The notes beneath the pieces are model-generated. The model worked only from the letters and a program-made list of their open reading frames with translations, made no database searches and was not told the DNA's origin. Source: Eledone cirrhosa (Eukaryota). Taken from it: a DNA stretch of 64,000 nucleotides. Location: NCBI GenBank assembly GCA_964016885.1, contig OZ024743.1, positions 311,364,001-311,428,000 on the forward strand, given 5' to 3'. Both the position numbers and the translations under genes were made by a program. How positions within the stretch are numbered: the stretch's first letter is position 1; each line of letters opens with the position of its first letter. Shown piece by piece: positions 12,957 through 26,285 of the stretch.

Positions 12957-15028
12957 TAAAATAAAAGATTAAAGTTTAAGCAAAGAATCGCTGCTTTCAC
13001 CCTTAACGGGAACTTCTGAAAATTAACAAAGTCAATCTGTAAACGCACAAGTGGATATTTCAAAAACCGTTGCAACCGGAGGAAGCCAGGAAGACGATAC
13101 TTTGGTTCGTGGAAACGTTCCCTGGCAAAGAACGGGAAAAAACGAATATAATACGTCATTAATAGGAGCTGTGAAAAACAATTACGCGCAAAGACAGAAC
13201 CACGTTTATGGTATAAAAGAGGTCGTTGACTGATGTTCTCTTAGGTGGTTCATAGAGACGTTCTCTGGCAATGAACGAAAAAAACGAAGATAATACGTCA
13301 TATGTGGAGCGTGGAGAACAATAGCACGCAAAGACAAAACAACGTAAATGGTATAGCAGAAGTCGTAGACTAAAATTCTAACTGTGAGACCGAATGAATC
13401 TCCGCTACAGAGTAAAGAACAAAGTAAAGAAATACAATACGGAAGAAATAGAAATAAATAAATACATACACGCAAACAAATACGTACATACACAAGCATA
13501 CGCAAAACACTTACCATAGGTATACAAAACCACGCACATATAAATATGTGTGTGTGTGTATGCGTGTATACAAATAAATAATTATATAAACGTATATAAA
13601 TAAATAAATACGTATATAACAAGCGCACGCATATACCTACATGTAAATACACGAATGTTCGGAGACGTAAGTCAACCAAAACATGAAGTACACATATACA
13701 CACACCCTACATACGTACGAACCAGCATACTCACACAGACGCAAAACTCCCATATACACAAAGCCAAACCATATGTACCAGACTATATAAAATTATACGC
13801 CATAACATAAACAATCAAATATACGTACGAGAAGGTATACGTACCTTCACAAAACATACGGGTAATATATACTTACCTATGCAAATAAGTAATGGTATAA
13901 ACAAAACATATACTTAGCTCCTACATCAAGACGTAAAATATCTACGTATAGATCGTACTATCCGTTAGGGTATAACGTGGGGCTGTAATACAGGAAGGTT
14001 TTGTACAATTTATGTTTACAAGCCGAAAATGCCTCAGATTTTTTGTTTAAGATGTAGTCTGTGGCGTAGAGTATTTCCAGGGCCTCAGCGGCGCAGAGGT
14101 CGCATGGTCTTTTATTTCCGTTATACGATCTAGCCCTAGCTAGGATCTCCCAGTTTAACTTATATTGGGTGTGGTTGTCTTTTAGACTCCAGATATGAGC
14201 TGAAAGTGACGTCCTATTCCTTCTTAGAGAGGAACGAAAAGAATGGGTATGCATGTAAAGACGCTGTTTGAATCTAGTGGCGGTTAACACTATGTAGGCC
14301 CTACGGGAAGTGGGTGTTACAACCTTACATTAGTGCTCCTACGGCTAGGTAGTTTAGCTAAATTTGAAGCTGTGATGTTATGTGCAAGGTTAGGAGTCGT
14401 AGAGTAAGAAATTTTAATAGTATTTCTATTAAAAATGTTACTATATTTATGTGTAGGGAGAAAATGCTTCGTAATAAGGGAAAGAAAGATCATAGCTAAT
14501 GGCGTGGCCACCTCCATATTATATGGTGGGTTATACCAACAAATGCGACGGGATCTATTTCTTCTAGGTCTATTTTCGTACTATGTATATGCTACCTTAT
14601 CGACAAATCCACTTCGAGCAAGAGCTTCATTGTAATAAGTGGAATGGTCGTTGAAAATACGCTCGTTGGTGGAAAGACGGGAAAGCCTGAACGAAACGTT
14701 TCTTACCAGGTTCTTGGTTATGCTGGCAGGATGGTTGGAATGCTTACTTATGTAATTAAGCGTATCATTCGGCTTTCTATACGGGTAATACAACCCATTC
14801 AATAAATTGAGGGTAACGTCGAGGTAATTAACAACCGAGAGAAAGGGTGAAAGCAGCGATTCTTTGCTTAAACTTTAATCTGTTATTTTAATAAATATTT
14901 GCTCTACGGTTCTTATATATTTGATATATATTTATGCTTATCGAGCCCTCTTTGGATTTTAGTCTTCAAATTTATTATTATTACTATTTGGCTCCCTCGG
15001 TTGAGCACTCTACTGACTTATATTCATC

Positions 15029-17149
15029 ATGCAGAAACAACATCTGAATATTTCTACAAAGAACATACCCGTACCAAGCAGGAAAACATACCTAAAACTC
15101 CTGATACAGAAAACAGACGCGTTCATTAAAAGGTTGCCTTTTATTTCGATAATCCGCGAAAAGCAGACAACAAACAGGATAAAATTGGATTTAAAACCTA
15201 TAATAACCCCCCGTGTAACTCAGCATTTCTACCCTTCGAAAATGATGTCTTGGAACTCATTCGGAGTATCAAATTTCGGAATAGGAGCAATTCCTTCCAG
15301 CAGGACCTGAAGAATAGAATTCGTTCTATTAAGGATTCTAATGCCGTGCACGTCCATTCCGACAAAACTGGCAACCTATATCAAGTGGAGCGCAGTACTT
15401 ACCATCAACTACTACATAATGCTGTAACTAAGGATTACCGTAAAACTAATCGGTGCGTCATCAATGAAATCAACGATGCTGGGTTTAAAATCACATCTGA
15501 TCTCAACATCCTGGACCGGACCGAACCTCTGGACCCTATTTCTCCCCACTTTACCCTGAAGGATCACAAATCCAATTTTCCGAACAACCCCTCTATTCGG
15601 CTTATTAACCCTACGAAGTACGATTTAGGCAGACTTAGTAAAACGATTCTTGATAGAATTATACCTGAAATTAGAAGTTTGGCCCCTCTTGCACTGTGGA
15701 ACAAATTTTTTCGCGGTGATTGATTGGTTCAACGGCATATGTAACAAGGAACATTGTCGTTTTATCCAATTCGACATCAACAATTACTACTCCTCCATCA
15801 CTTTACCACTTCTCCTTAGAGCTATCAATTTCGCTAAAACACTCACAGTGGTTAAGGATTTCGGTGTTGATGTCATCCTCAATGCCCGAAAGTCGGTGAT
15901 TAATTTCGACGATTCTATTTGGATTAAAAAATCCAATAGTACCCCATTCGACGTGAGTATGGGCACCAGTGATTCTGCGGAGGTTACTGATCTTATCGGC
16001 CTTTTCCTTCTTTTCTCTATCAAGGATGAATTCCCCAACGCGGGCGGTGGTTTGTACCTTGACGATGGTCTTTTGACCATGACTAAGTGCGGACCTCGTG
16101 CTTGCGACAGGTTCAGAAAAGAACTCACAGCCTTCTTTAAAGGCTTCAACCTCTCTATACAGGATGAGGCCAATCTCTCGGTCGTTAATTACCTAGACGT
16201 TACCCTCAATTTATTGAATGGGTTGTATTACCCGTATAGAAAGCCGAATGATACGCTTAATTACATAAGTAAGCATTCCAACCATCCTGCCAGCATAACC
16301 AAGAACCTGGTAAGAAACGTTTCGTTCAGGCTTTCCCGTCTTTCTACCAACGAGCGTATTTTCAACGACCATTCCACTTATTACAATGAAGCTCTTGCTC
16401 GAAGTGGATTTGTCGATAAGGTAGCATGTACAGACTACGAAAATAGACCTAGAAGAAATAGATCCCGTCGCATTTGTTGGTATAACCCACCATATAATAT
16501 GGAGGTGGCCACGCCATTAGCTAAGATCTTTCTTTCCCTTATTACGAAGCATTTTCCCCTACACATAAATATAGTAACATTTTTAATAGAAATACTATTA
16601 AAATTTCTTACTCTACGACTCCTAACCTTGCACATAACATCACAGCTTCAAATTTAGCTAAACTACCTAGCCGTAGGAACACGTGCAACCCTGTAGTTAG
16701 TACTAACTGTAATTGTAGGAATCGGGTTGATTGCCCCCTATCCGGAAAATGCCTCTCTAGTAACATAATCTACAAATGTAAGTTTGTAACACCCACGTGC
16801 CGTAGGGCCTACATAGGGTTAACCGTCAATAGATTCAAGCAGCGTCTTTACATGCATACCCATTCTTTTCGTTACCCTCTAAGAGGGAATATGACGTCAC
16901 TTTCAGCTTATATCTGGAGTCTAAAAGACAACCACACCCAATATAAGTTACACTGGGAGATCCTAGCTAGGGCTAGATCATATAACGGAAATAAAAGACC
17001 ATGCGACCTCTGCGCTTGCTGAGGCCCTGGAAATACTCTACGCCACAGACCACATCTTAAACAAAAAATCTGAGGCATTTTCGGCTTGTAAACATAAATT
17101 GCACAAAACTTTCCTGTATTACAGACCCACGTTAGACCCTAACGGATAG
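15029..17149 (+). pseudogene. Naiad RT + GIY-YIG ORF, frameshifted
   Basis: STKNIPVP start, SDKTGNLY, IRLINP, FDINNYYSSI, FDVSMG..DSAEV, GLYLDDGL, WYNPPY, CNC..CPL.GKC and YIG motifs are spread across several frames. Confidence 0.88.
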
Positions 17150-17750
17150 TACGATCTATACGTTGTTATTTTACGTCTTGACCTGGGAGCTAATTATATG
17201 TTTTGTTTATACCATTACTTATTTGCATAGGTAAGTATATATTACCCGTATGTTTTGTGAAGGTACGTATACCTTCTCGTACGTATATTTGGTTGTATAT
17301 GTTATGGCGTATAATTTTATATATTCTTGTACATATGGTTTGGTTATGTGTATACGGGAGTCTTACGTCTGTGTGAGTATGCAGGTTCGTACGTATGTTG
17401 GGTTTGGGTATTGTGTACTTCATGTTTTGGTTGACGTAGTCTCCGAACATTTGTGTATTTACATGTAGGTATGTGTGTGCGGTTGTTATATACGTATTTA
17501 TTTATTTATATACGTTTATTTAATTATTTATTTATTTGTATACACGCACACACACACACACACACACACATATTTATATGTGCGTGCTTTTGTATACATA
17601 TGGCACATGTTTTCGCGTATGCTTGTGTATGTACGTATTTGCATGCGTGTATGTATTTATTTATTTTCTATTACCTGTGTATTGTATTTTATTTACTTTA
17701 TTCTTAACTCTGAAGCGGAGATTCATTCGGTTTCCTAGTTAGAATTTTAG

Positions 17751-18015
17751 TCTACGACTTCAGCTATACCATTTACGTGGTTTTGTCTTTGCGTGCAATT
17801 GTTCTCGACGCACCACATATGACGTATTATCTTCGTTTTTTCCGTTCATTGCCAGAGAACGTCTCTATGAACCACCTAAGAGAACATTAGACTACGACTT
17901 ATTTTATACCATAAACGTGGTTCTGTCTTTGCGTGTAATTGTTTTCACCACTCCTATTAATGACGTATTATATTCGTTTTTTCCCGTTCTTTGCCAGGGA
18001 ACGTTTCCACGAACC
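17751..18015 (+). repeat. Diverged 140-bp tandem duplication in the Naiad 3' UTR
   Basis: ctacgactt...gaacca units start at about 17752 and 17892, mirrored at about 13105-13370. Confidence 0.75.
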
Positions 18016-18095
18016 AAAGTATCGTCTTCCTGGCTTCCTCCGGTTGCAACGGTTTTTGAAATATCCACTTCTGCGTTTACAGATTGACTTTGTTA

Positions 18096-18147
18096 ATTTT
18101 CAGAAGTTCCCGTTAAGGGTGAAAGCAGCGATTCTTTGCTTAAACTT
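18096..18147 (+). ncRNA. Hammerhead-like motif with non-canonical core CAGAAGU (second copy 12972-13023, minus)
   Basis: tttt-CAGAAGT-t-ccc gttaa ggg-t-GAAA-gca gcgattctt tgc-TT-aaac. Layout matches the HHR at 8289. Confidence 0.5.
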
Positions 18148-18175
18148 TAATCTTTTATTTTAATAAATATATATA

Positions 18176-18332
18176 TGTACGTCATTACTCATCTTTTTCC
18201 ATTTCTCCGAGGGTTCTTAACCCTACTATCAGGCTAAATAATTTCTTTAATTTCTTTAGTCAAAATACGGCGATAGCTTACATTTCTAATAATTTCAAAC
18301 CCACTCGCTGTTTCGAAAATATTCTTACTTAA
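18176..18332 (+). mobile_element. Diverged fragment of the tRNA-containing 290-bp element
   Basis: actcatctttttccatttctccgagggtt...ctatcaggct matches about 21457-21610. Confidence 0.75.
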
Positions 18333-18350
18333 ATATATATATATATATAC

Positions 18351-19415
<1,065 letters not shown>

Positions 19416-19654
19416 TATATATATATATGGATATATATGGATATATTTGTGTATGTATGTATATATATAATATATATATATGTGTATGTGTATATATATG
19501 TAGGTATATATATATGTACACATGTATGAATGTGTGTATGTATATATATGTATATTTGTGTGTGTGTGTATATGTTTGTGTGTATGTATATGTATGTGTG
19601 TATGTATATGTATGTGTGTATGTATGTATGTGTGTATATATGTGTATGTGTATA

Positions 19655-19727
<73 letters not shown>

Positions 19728-19739
19728 ACATATATGTGA

Positions 19740-20166
19740 AAGTTCAATTTAAATTGTTGGGATACAACAAGCAAATATTTTATAACTGATATAAAGCACT
19801 CAACAAATAATTGCAGTAAAAATACGATATTAACAAATGGAAACTATATTTATAAAACCATATTTATTTCATTATACATATTTCAAGGACATAAAGTTAA
19901 ATTATGGTGTGCTTTCATCAGATAAAATATAATATAGAGCAGTTTTATAAATAAATATTGACATACCCTTAAAGAATGCAACCATTACTGTTGGAAGCTC
20001 CCGGATAGCTACTATCCGGGAGCTTCCAACAGTAATGGTTGCATTCTTTAAGGGTATGTCAATTTTTATCTGATGAAAGCACACCATAATTTAACTTGAT
20101 GTCCTTGAAATATGTATAATGAAATAAATATGGTTTTGTAAATATAGTTTCCATTTGTTAATATCG

Positions 20167-20169
<3 letters not shown>
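19740..20169. mobile_element. Palindromic non-coding element with two outward-facing HHRs
   Basis: Arms are about 19822-20008 and 20012-20169. HHR at 20064-20124 (+) reads tttat-CTGATGA-aag..ctt-GAAA-tatgta-TA-atgaa, with a mirror at 19867-19927 (-). Confidence 0.8.
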
Positions 20170-20245
<76 letters not shown>

Positions 20246-20304
20246 ATATATATAAATATATATACATATATATATATGTATGTATATATATATATATATA
20301 TATG

Positions 20305-20354
<50 letters not shown>

Positions 20355-20408
20355 CGTGTGTGTATGTGTATATATGTATGTATGTGTATATGTGTATATA
20401 TGTGTGTT

Positions 20409-20525
<117 letters not shown>

Positions 20526-21250
20526 TAGAAAGTGAGGTTTTTTTTTACAAAATGAAAAATAACCTAGGTGTCCTACACGAGTGAAAGTATAAAGAAAAAA
20601 AGATGAAATCGAAAATGCAACTCGAGTCTTATTTTTTTTTAAATATATATATTTTTATTTGCTTCCTTTACCGGTTTCGCAGTTCTTCTGCTTTTCAATA
20701 GTAGAGTTGAGATGGACTAATTATTTAGACTAATTATTTCTACTAATAGAATCATCTTCCAATACACACTCACACACACACAATCACACAAATAAACATA
20801 CATATATTTACTTTCTTTATTCAATAGAAAATCTGAATTCTGACACCCCAGCGAACTAACCATATTCACTGAACCAGAACAATTCTCCCATCCAATTTCT
20901 CTTGACCATTACCAGTAATGTACTGGTTAATTGATGGCCTTGTACCAAAAGTAGAAACAATTATATTTTGCTGTCATAAAATTCTCTAAATAGGCTACAG
21001 AATAGATTTCCAAATAAGGGCGCGAAAATTTAATGAAAACTTGTTCACGTGACAGCCATAATTCCATTTATAACCAATCAAATTACGTTTATTAAAAAAA
21101 AGCCTTCGTGAGCCCCCTTTTTTAAGTAAAAAGAAATTCAACACACACACACACAACACACACACGCAAATAAACATACATATCTTTACTTCCCTTATTC
21201 AATAGAAAATCTGAATTCTGACACCCCAGCGAACTAACCATATTCACTGA
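20526..21250. mobile_element. Rearranged second copy of the 12276-12882 family, with an internal duplication
   Basis: 20592-20715 matches 12276-12400 in the same orientation and includes a U3-A8 HHR remnant at 20665-20702 (-). 20836-21145 matches 12600-12848 inverted. Confidence 0.65.
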
Positions 21251-21925
21251 AATTAGAAATTATAAGCTTTCACCGTATTTCTAATTTCAAACTCGCGCAC
21301 CGTTTCAAAAACATACATGTTTACGTTTATAATTTGCTTGTTTATCATTCACTTGCTAAGTTCATAGCTTCTAATTCGAATGGAAGGAGACGGGATGTGT
21401 ATTGGTGTAATGGTAGCACAGTGGTCTGCATAACCAAAGATGTGGGTTCGACTCCCATGTACGGCAACACTCATCTTTTTTCCATTTCTCCGAGGGTTAT
21501 AAACCCCACTATCAGGCTAGAAATTTCTTTAGTCTAAAATACGGTGAAAGTTTATAATTTCTAATTTCTAATTTCAAACTCGCGCACTGTTTCAAAAACA
21601 TACTTACATGTTTACGTTTATAATTTGCTTGTTTATCATTCACTTGCTAAGTTCATAGCTTCTAATTCGAATGGAAGGAGACGGGATGTGTATTGGTGTA
21701 ATGGTAGCACAGTGGTCTGGATAACCAAAGATGTGGGTTCGATTCCCATGTACGGCAACACTCATCTTTTTCCATTTCTCAGAGGGTTATAAACCCCACT
21801 ATCAGGCTAGAAATTTCTTTAGTCTAAAATACAGTGAAAGCTTATAATTTCTAATTTCTAATTTCAAACTCGCGCACCGTTTCAAAAACATACTTACATG
21901 TTTACGTTTATAATTTGCTTGTTTA
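21251..21925 (+). mobile_element. tRNA-containing 290-bp tandem element (about 2.2 units) with an inverted 5' segment
   Basis: Unit starts at about 21281, 21568 and 21858. 21251-21280 is the reverse complement of the unit end (aaatacggtgaaagcttataatttctaat). The 3' end runs into TA repeats. Confidence 0.8.
21396..21466 (+). ncRNA. tRNA-like (pseudo-tRNA) Pol III cassette, copy 1; copy 2 at 21687-21757
   Basis: A box TGGTGTAATGG, B box GGTTCGACTCC, D/anticodon/T arms fold and a T-run terminator lies 10 nt downstream. The acceptor stem is only 5/7 paired and the anticodon differs between copies (GCA vs GGA). Confidence 0.7.
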
Positions 21926-21975
21926 TATGTATGTATATATATGTGTATATGTATATATATATATGTGTGTATATG

Positions 21976-22006
<31 letters not shown>

Positions 22007-22061
22007 GTCTATATATATATATATGTATATATATATATAAATATATACGTATATATATGTG

Positions 22062-22113
<52 letters not shown>

Positions 22114-22179
22114 TATGTGTATGTATGTATGTGTGTGTATATATATGTACATATATATATATATATGTGTGTGTGTATG

Positions 22180-22212
<33 letters not shown>

Positions 22213-22239
22213 ATATATATATGTATATATATTAATTTA

Positions 22240-22426
22240 AAATATTAACAAAATAGATATTCTTGTGATCAAGTATATTTTATTATACATATTTGAGAGG
22301 TACTGAATTAAGTTCAACAGTACGTCCTCATCAGATAAAATAAGATGATGCATGACATACCCTGACATAGTAGATGGTTAAGATTCAGTCAGTCTTTGAT
22401 GTATTCATTGAACCTTGTTTAACTTT

Positions 22427-22430
<4 letters not shown>
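22240..22430 (-). mobile_element. Remnant related to the 19740-20169 family with a mutated HHR (22278-22340)
   Basis: Minus strand reads ttttat-CTGATGA-ggac gtactg..cagtac ctct-CAAA-tatgta-TA-ataaaa, with GAAA changed to CAAA. Confidence 0.6.
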
Positions 22431-22455
<25 letters not shown>

Positions 22456-22462
<7 letters not shown>

Positions 22463-23388
22463 CATGAGAAGAAAGAAGAATACTGCGTGGTTGCACATGG
22501 GTTACATATGATAAAATTAGTCCTTCGTCAGTGATTTGCCAACCATCATTGATATTTCGTCGCATTAAAAATCATATATCTGAGGTTGGTGCGAGCAATA
22601 ACTAAAAAAAGCTATTGGGACAAGTAAATCGCGTAAAGCCAGTGAGACAAGTAAACAACATAGAAGGATGAAAGAAACGCAAAGATGGGTATAAACAAGC
22701 AAGATGGTTATCCGGTCAGCATAAGCTTGGTGGATTTCATGAGCGAACAAGATACAGACCGTCCGTCGTGAGTGAGATGTGAGCAAGAAGAGCACCCACT
22801 ACTAGCCAAACGGGAGGAAGTGAGAAGGGGAGAAACAGAGTGTGAGTGAGTGGAAGTGCGAGGAAAAGGTCAGTCGAGAGAAAGTGTAACTGACAGAGGA
22901 GGCGAAAGAAGGTGAGAGCAACAGAGAGAACGGGAAAGCAGTAAGAGAGAAACAGACAAACGTAGCCGAGGTAAATAGATATAAAAAACATGAGAAGAAA
23001 GAAGAATACTGCGTGGTTGCACATGGGTTACATATGATAAAATAGTCCTTCACTGACGAAGGACTAATTTTATCATATGTAACCCATGTGCAACCACGCA
23101 GTATTCTTCTTTCTTCTCATGTTTTTTATATATATTTACCTCGGCTGCGTTTGTCTGTTTCTCTCTTACTGCTTCCCCGTTCTCTCTGTTGCTCTCACCT
23201 TCTTTCGCCCACTCTGTCAGTTACACGTTGCTTTCATCCTTCTATGTTGTTTACTTGTCTCACTCGATTTACTTGTCCCAATAGCTTTTTTTACTTATTG
23301 CTCGCACCAACCTCAGATATATGATTTTTAATGCGACGAAATATCAATGATGGTTGGCAAATCACTGACGAAGGACTAATTTTATCAT
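22456..23388 (-). mobile_element. Non-coding element with a partial tandem (about 527-bp period) and an internally deleted inverted copy (23051-23388)
   Basis: aaaacatgagaagaaagaag occurs at about 22459 and 22985, with the reverse complement from 23051. Only the CTGACGA half of a HHR core is seen. Both ends are in TA repeats. Confidence 0.75.
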
Positions 23389-23407
23389 ATATATATATAT
23401 ATGCGTA

Positions 23408-23461
<54 letters not shown>

Positions 23462-23631
23462 TATAGATAGGTAAATATACACGGGTGTGTATGATTGTGT
23501 ATAGAAGATTATATTAATAAGAGGAATTCCAACTTTGTCTGATTTACTCGTTTTATTTACAATCCTTTAAAATATATATAATGGTATTATAATGAAATAG
23601 TATGATAGAATATTAAATTCTAAGTGTTAAT

Positions 23632-23670
23632 TGAACAAGTACTTTCATGCTTTCGCAATCTTCAGGTTCA
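23632..23670 (-). ncRNA. Minimal type-I hammerhead ribozyme in the pLTR
   Basis: tgaac-CTGAAGA-t-tgc gaaa gca-t-GAAA-gtac-TT-gttca. Confidence 0.88.
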
Positions 23671-24051
23671 TGATATGTGGTGACAGTCGAGTTTGCAATT
23701 TTCAACTGTAATGAGATGGGTAAATTTCCTACCTTTTATACATTTTATACAGAGAAAAGTGGCTCCAGAATGCAAAGCCCTGTAAACTGTATTTCGACCA
23801 ATCAGTGTGTAGTTTCACTGAATTACTACAGCTGATTGGTTTAAGCGTCACGGCTGGTTGAGCATGCTAACGACCAATAGTCATATCCAACGTATCAATT
23901 GTTTTGCTTTTTTGAAATGATGAAAATAGCATTTTCTATTAATCATCACCATCAACATCACTTTTATTATTATTATTATTGTTGTTGTTGTTGTTGTTAG
24001 TGGTCGTGGTCATAGTGGTAGTAGAAGTAGAAGTAATACCCCTAGGCGTTA

Positions 24052-26238
24052 TTATTGTTCATTTAGCTTGGGTTTGAATTTATCAATAAAATTCTTTTCT
24101 TTGATTTTTCTCTTGATTTCACTTGGGCTGTGTAATTTGTAGAATGGGAATATTATAAATATTCCCTGACCACATGTTGCCAGGTGGCCGCTTAGGGGTA
24201 TCTGACGGACATTTGGGTCTCTGATTTGTTGACGGTGTACCCGTGCACGTTCCGATAGTGCATTTCCAGTTTGACCGACATATAGTTCTTCACAATTCGG
24301 GCATTTAATGCAGTAAATTAGATTTCTGCTTTTGCAGTTCATATTTGCATTTGTGAATATTTTTCCAGTTTTTGTTTTCATATATTGACCGGCGTGTATG
24401 GATTGACATGTGCCGCATCGATTATCATTGCATTTAGATACAGTGAATGATTGGTCTTTGTTGTTAAGGTCAAACTTTGCTTTTGTTAGCAATTGCTTCA
24501 AATTTTTTGGCTGTCTTTTACTAAGAGTCAAAGATCGATTTGTGATTAAGCCTTTTAATTCATTACTTTGAGCAATGATCGGTAGGTTTGCTTTGGCAGT
24601 GTTGAAGATATTCTGGTGACATGGGTTGTGTGTCATTATAAATGGTATGACCAGTTCTTGGTTTCTTCTTCTTTGGGTTGTTCTAAGTTGTTGTATAGGT
24701 ATTTTTATAGCCCGCTGTATGCCATTTTCTATAAGTAGAGATGGGTATTTTTGTTTGAGCAAAAATTCTCTTAGTTCTGTTAGGCGTTTGTACCTGGTAT
24801 TCGTATCTTCTACAATGGTACAAATTCTTCTGGCTAGGCAGTATGGGATGTTGCGTTTTGTATGAGGTGGATGGCACGACTTAAAATTCAGATATTGATG
24901 GGTGTCTGTGTGTTTATAATATATATCCGTGGTAATGGTGGTGTCGTTTTTGATTATCATTATATCTAGGAATGGTAATTTGGTCCTACTCATCTCTTTT
25001 GTGAATTGGAGAGATGGGTGTAGGTTATTCAGGAGGATATTGAACTCATCCAGAGTATCTAGAGATTCTGTCCAGATGATGAAACAGTCGTCAAGGTATC
25101 TCTTCCAAGATTTTTCAATGTACTTTCTAAAGTCAGTACTATATTTTTCCTCTATTTCTTGGTAGAGTTGTTGTTCTAAGTATCCCATTACAGAGTTCGC
25201 GTAAACGGGAGCAAACTTCGTTCCCATCGCTGTGCCTCTAATTTGGATGTAATTCTTTCCATTGAAGAAGAAAGTGTTGTTTTCCAGAATAAGTTTAACT
25301 GCGTCTAATATAAATGGCGCTGTGAATCTAATGGGAATCACTTCTCTATGTTTTTCCACCCAGTATTTAACCGCCTTTATTCCTAAATCATGTGTAATGT
25401 TGGTGTAAAGGCTTACCACATCAAAACTGAGTAGAAGTGAATTCGTTTCCGTGGTTTTGGGAAGATGGGACAGGAAGTCGATATCATCCCGGATGAAACT
25501 GGGTATGTGAATACATAGTGGTTTCAAAATAATGTCAACAAAATTGCTTAGACGGTGAGTGGGGCATGTTGGACCAGCTATAATAGGTCTAAGTTTTAAG
25601 TCTTTTGGGTGTAATAATTTAATGTACTCACTGTTTTGTTCTCTTACTGCCAGTTGTATTTCTTTTGACTTGTGAACTTTCGGTAGGCCATACAGGTTGC
25701 TGGGTTTCGGCTCAAAATTGGTGATGTAGTCTCTTTCCTTATCAGTAAATGAGTTGTGGTATTTTGAAGCCAGGTTGTTGATCTTCTTCATGATGTTGTG
25801 GTCTATATTTGACGGTATTTCATGATAGAATGTTGTGTCTTTCAGTTGTTCCTCAACCAAATCCTTGTAGTATTCAGTATCCATTATAACAACTGCACCC
25901 CCTTTATCTGCTTGTTTAATTATTATTGTTTTATCATTTTGTATACGTTTAAGTGCAGACATTTCTGATTTGTTAATGTTTGGCCTAACATTAGTATTAT
26001 GTCTAAGAGGAAATTTAGACAGGATGTCAATGTATTGGTCGAGATAGATATTTCTTCCTTTTGGCGGAGTGAAATTTGATTTATTCTTTACTAGTGATTC
26101 ATCACTCTCATTATTTTTATCAGCGAAGAATTCTACAAGACGTAATTTTCGACAGAATTCTTGGGTATCCTCCTTCAGTTCTTGGTGGTTGACTGTTGGA
26201 GTCGGTGTGAATTTCAGTCCTTTTGACAGAATTTGCAT
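24052..26238 (-). CDS. PLE reverse transcriptase + GIY-YIG endonuclease (frame open upstream to 26379)
   Basis: LSKGLKF, ADKGGAVV, YGLPKVHK, LRPII, FDVVSLYTNI, GTAMGT, RYLDD, a CxxxxCxxC knuckle (Neptune-like) and LIYCIKC..YVGQT. Confidence 0.95.
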   Translation of the reverse strand: MQILSKGLKFTPTPTVNHQELKEDTQEFCRKLRLVEFFADKNNESDESLVKNKSNFTPPKGRNIYLDQYIDILSKFPLRHNTNVRPNINKSEMSALKRIQNDKTIIIKQADKGGAVVIMDTEYYKDLVEEQLKDTTFYHEIPSNIDHNIMKKINNLASKYHNSFTDKERDYITNFEPKPSNLYGLPKVHKSKEIQLAVREQNSEYIKLLHPKDLKLRPIIAGPTCPTHRLSNFVDIILKPLCIHIPSFIRDDIDFLSHLPKTTETNSLLLSFDVVSLYTNITHDLGIKAVKYWVEKHREVIPIRFTAPFILDAVKLILENNTFFFNGKNYIQIRGTAMGTKFAPVYANSVMGYLEQQLYQEIEEKYSTDFRKYIEKSWKRYLDDCFIIWTESLDTLDEFNILLNNLHPSLQFTKEMSRTKLPFLDIMIIKNDTTITTDIYYKHTDTHQYLNFKSCHPPHTKRNIPYCLARRICTIVEDTNTRYKRLTELREFLLKQKYPSLLIENGIQRAIKIPIQQLRTTQRRRNQELVIPFIMTHNPCHQNIFNTAKANLPIIAQSNELKGLITNRSLTLSKRQPKNLKQLLTKAKFDLNNKDQSFTVSKCNDNRCGTCQSIHAGQYMKTKTGKIFTNANMNCKSRNLIYCIKCPNCEELYVGQTGNALSERARVHRQQIRDPNVRQIPLSGHLATCGQGIFIIFPFYKLHSPSEIKRKIKEKNFIDKFKPKLNEQ

Positions 26239-26285
26239 TTCATCATTGTCAAGATCTCTTTTAGATAAATTAATTATTTTAGGAT

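Larger units (their letters stand above)
12955..18168 (+). mobile_element. Naiad-type PLE: near full-length plus copy (14843-18168) with an inverted 5'-truncated copy (12955-14842)
   Basis: 12955-14842 is the reverse complement of about 16175-18168 with indels. 14843-14897 repeats the 3' terminus (partial pLTR). Both outer ends run into TA repeats. Confidence 0.9.

Noticed and set aside
13869-13880. U1 snRNA-like ATACTTACC
   Set aside because: No further U1 similarity. It is the reverse complement of a 5' splice-like AGGTAAGTAT in the Naiad 3' UTR (about 17229).
15029-18168. Selenocysteine recoding/SECIS as known for some Naiad PLEs
   Set aside because: The conserved cysteines I checked here and at 7609-8106 are TGC/TGT, and no convincing SECIS was seen. 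The disruptions are frameshifts.
21396-21757. Functional tRNA-Cys(GCA) and tRNA-Ser(GGA) genes
   Set aside because: Broken acceptor stem, pyrimidine at position 37, Gln-like D arm, and an anticodon that varies between near-identical copies.
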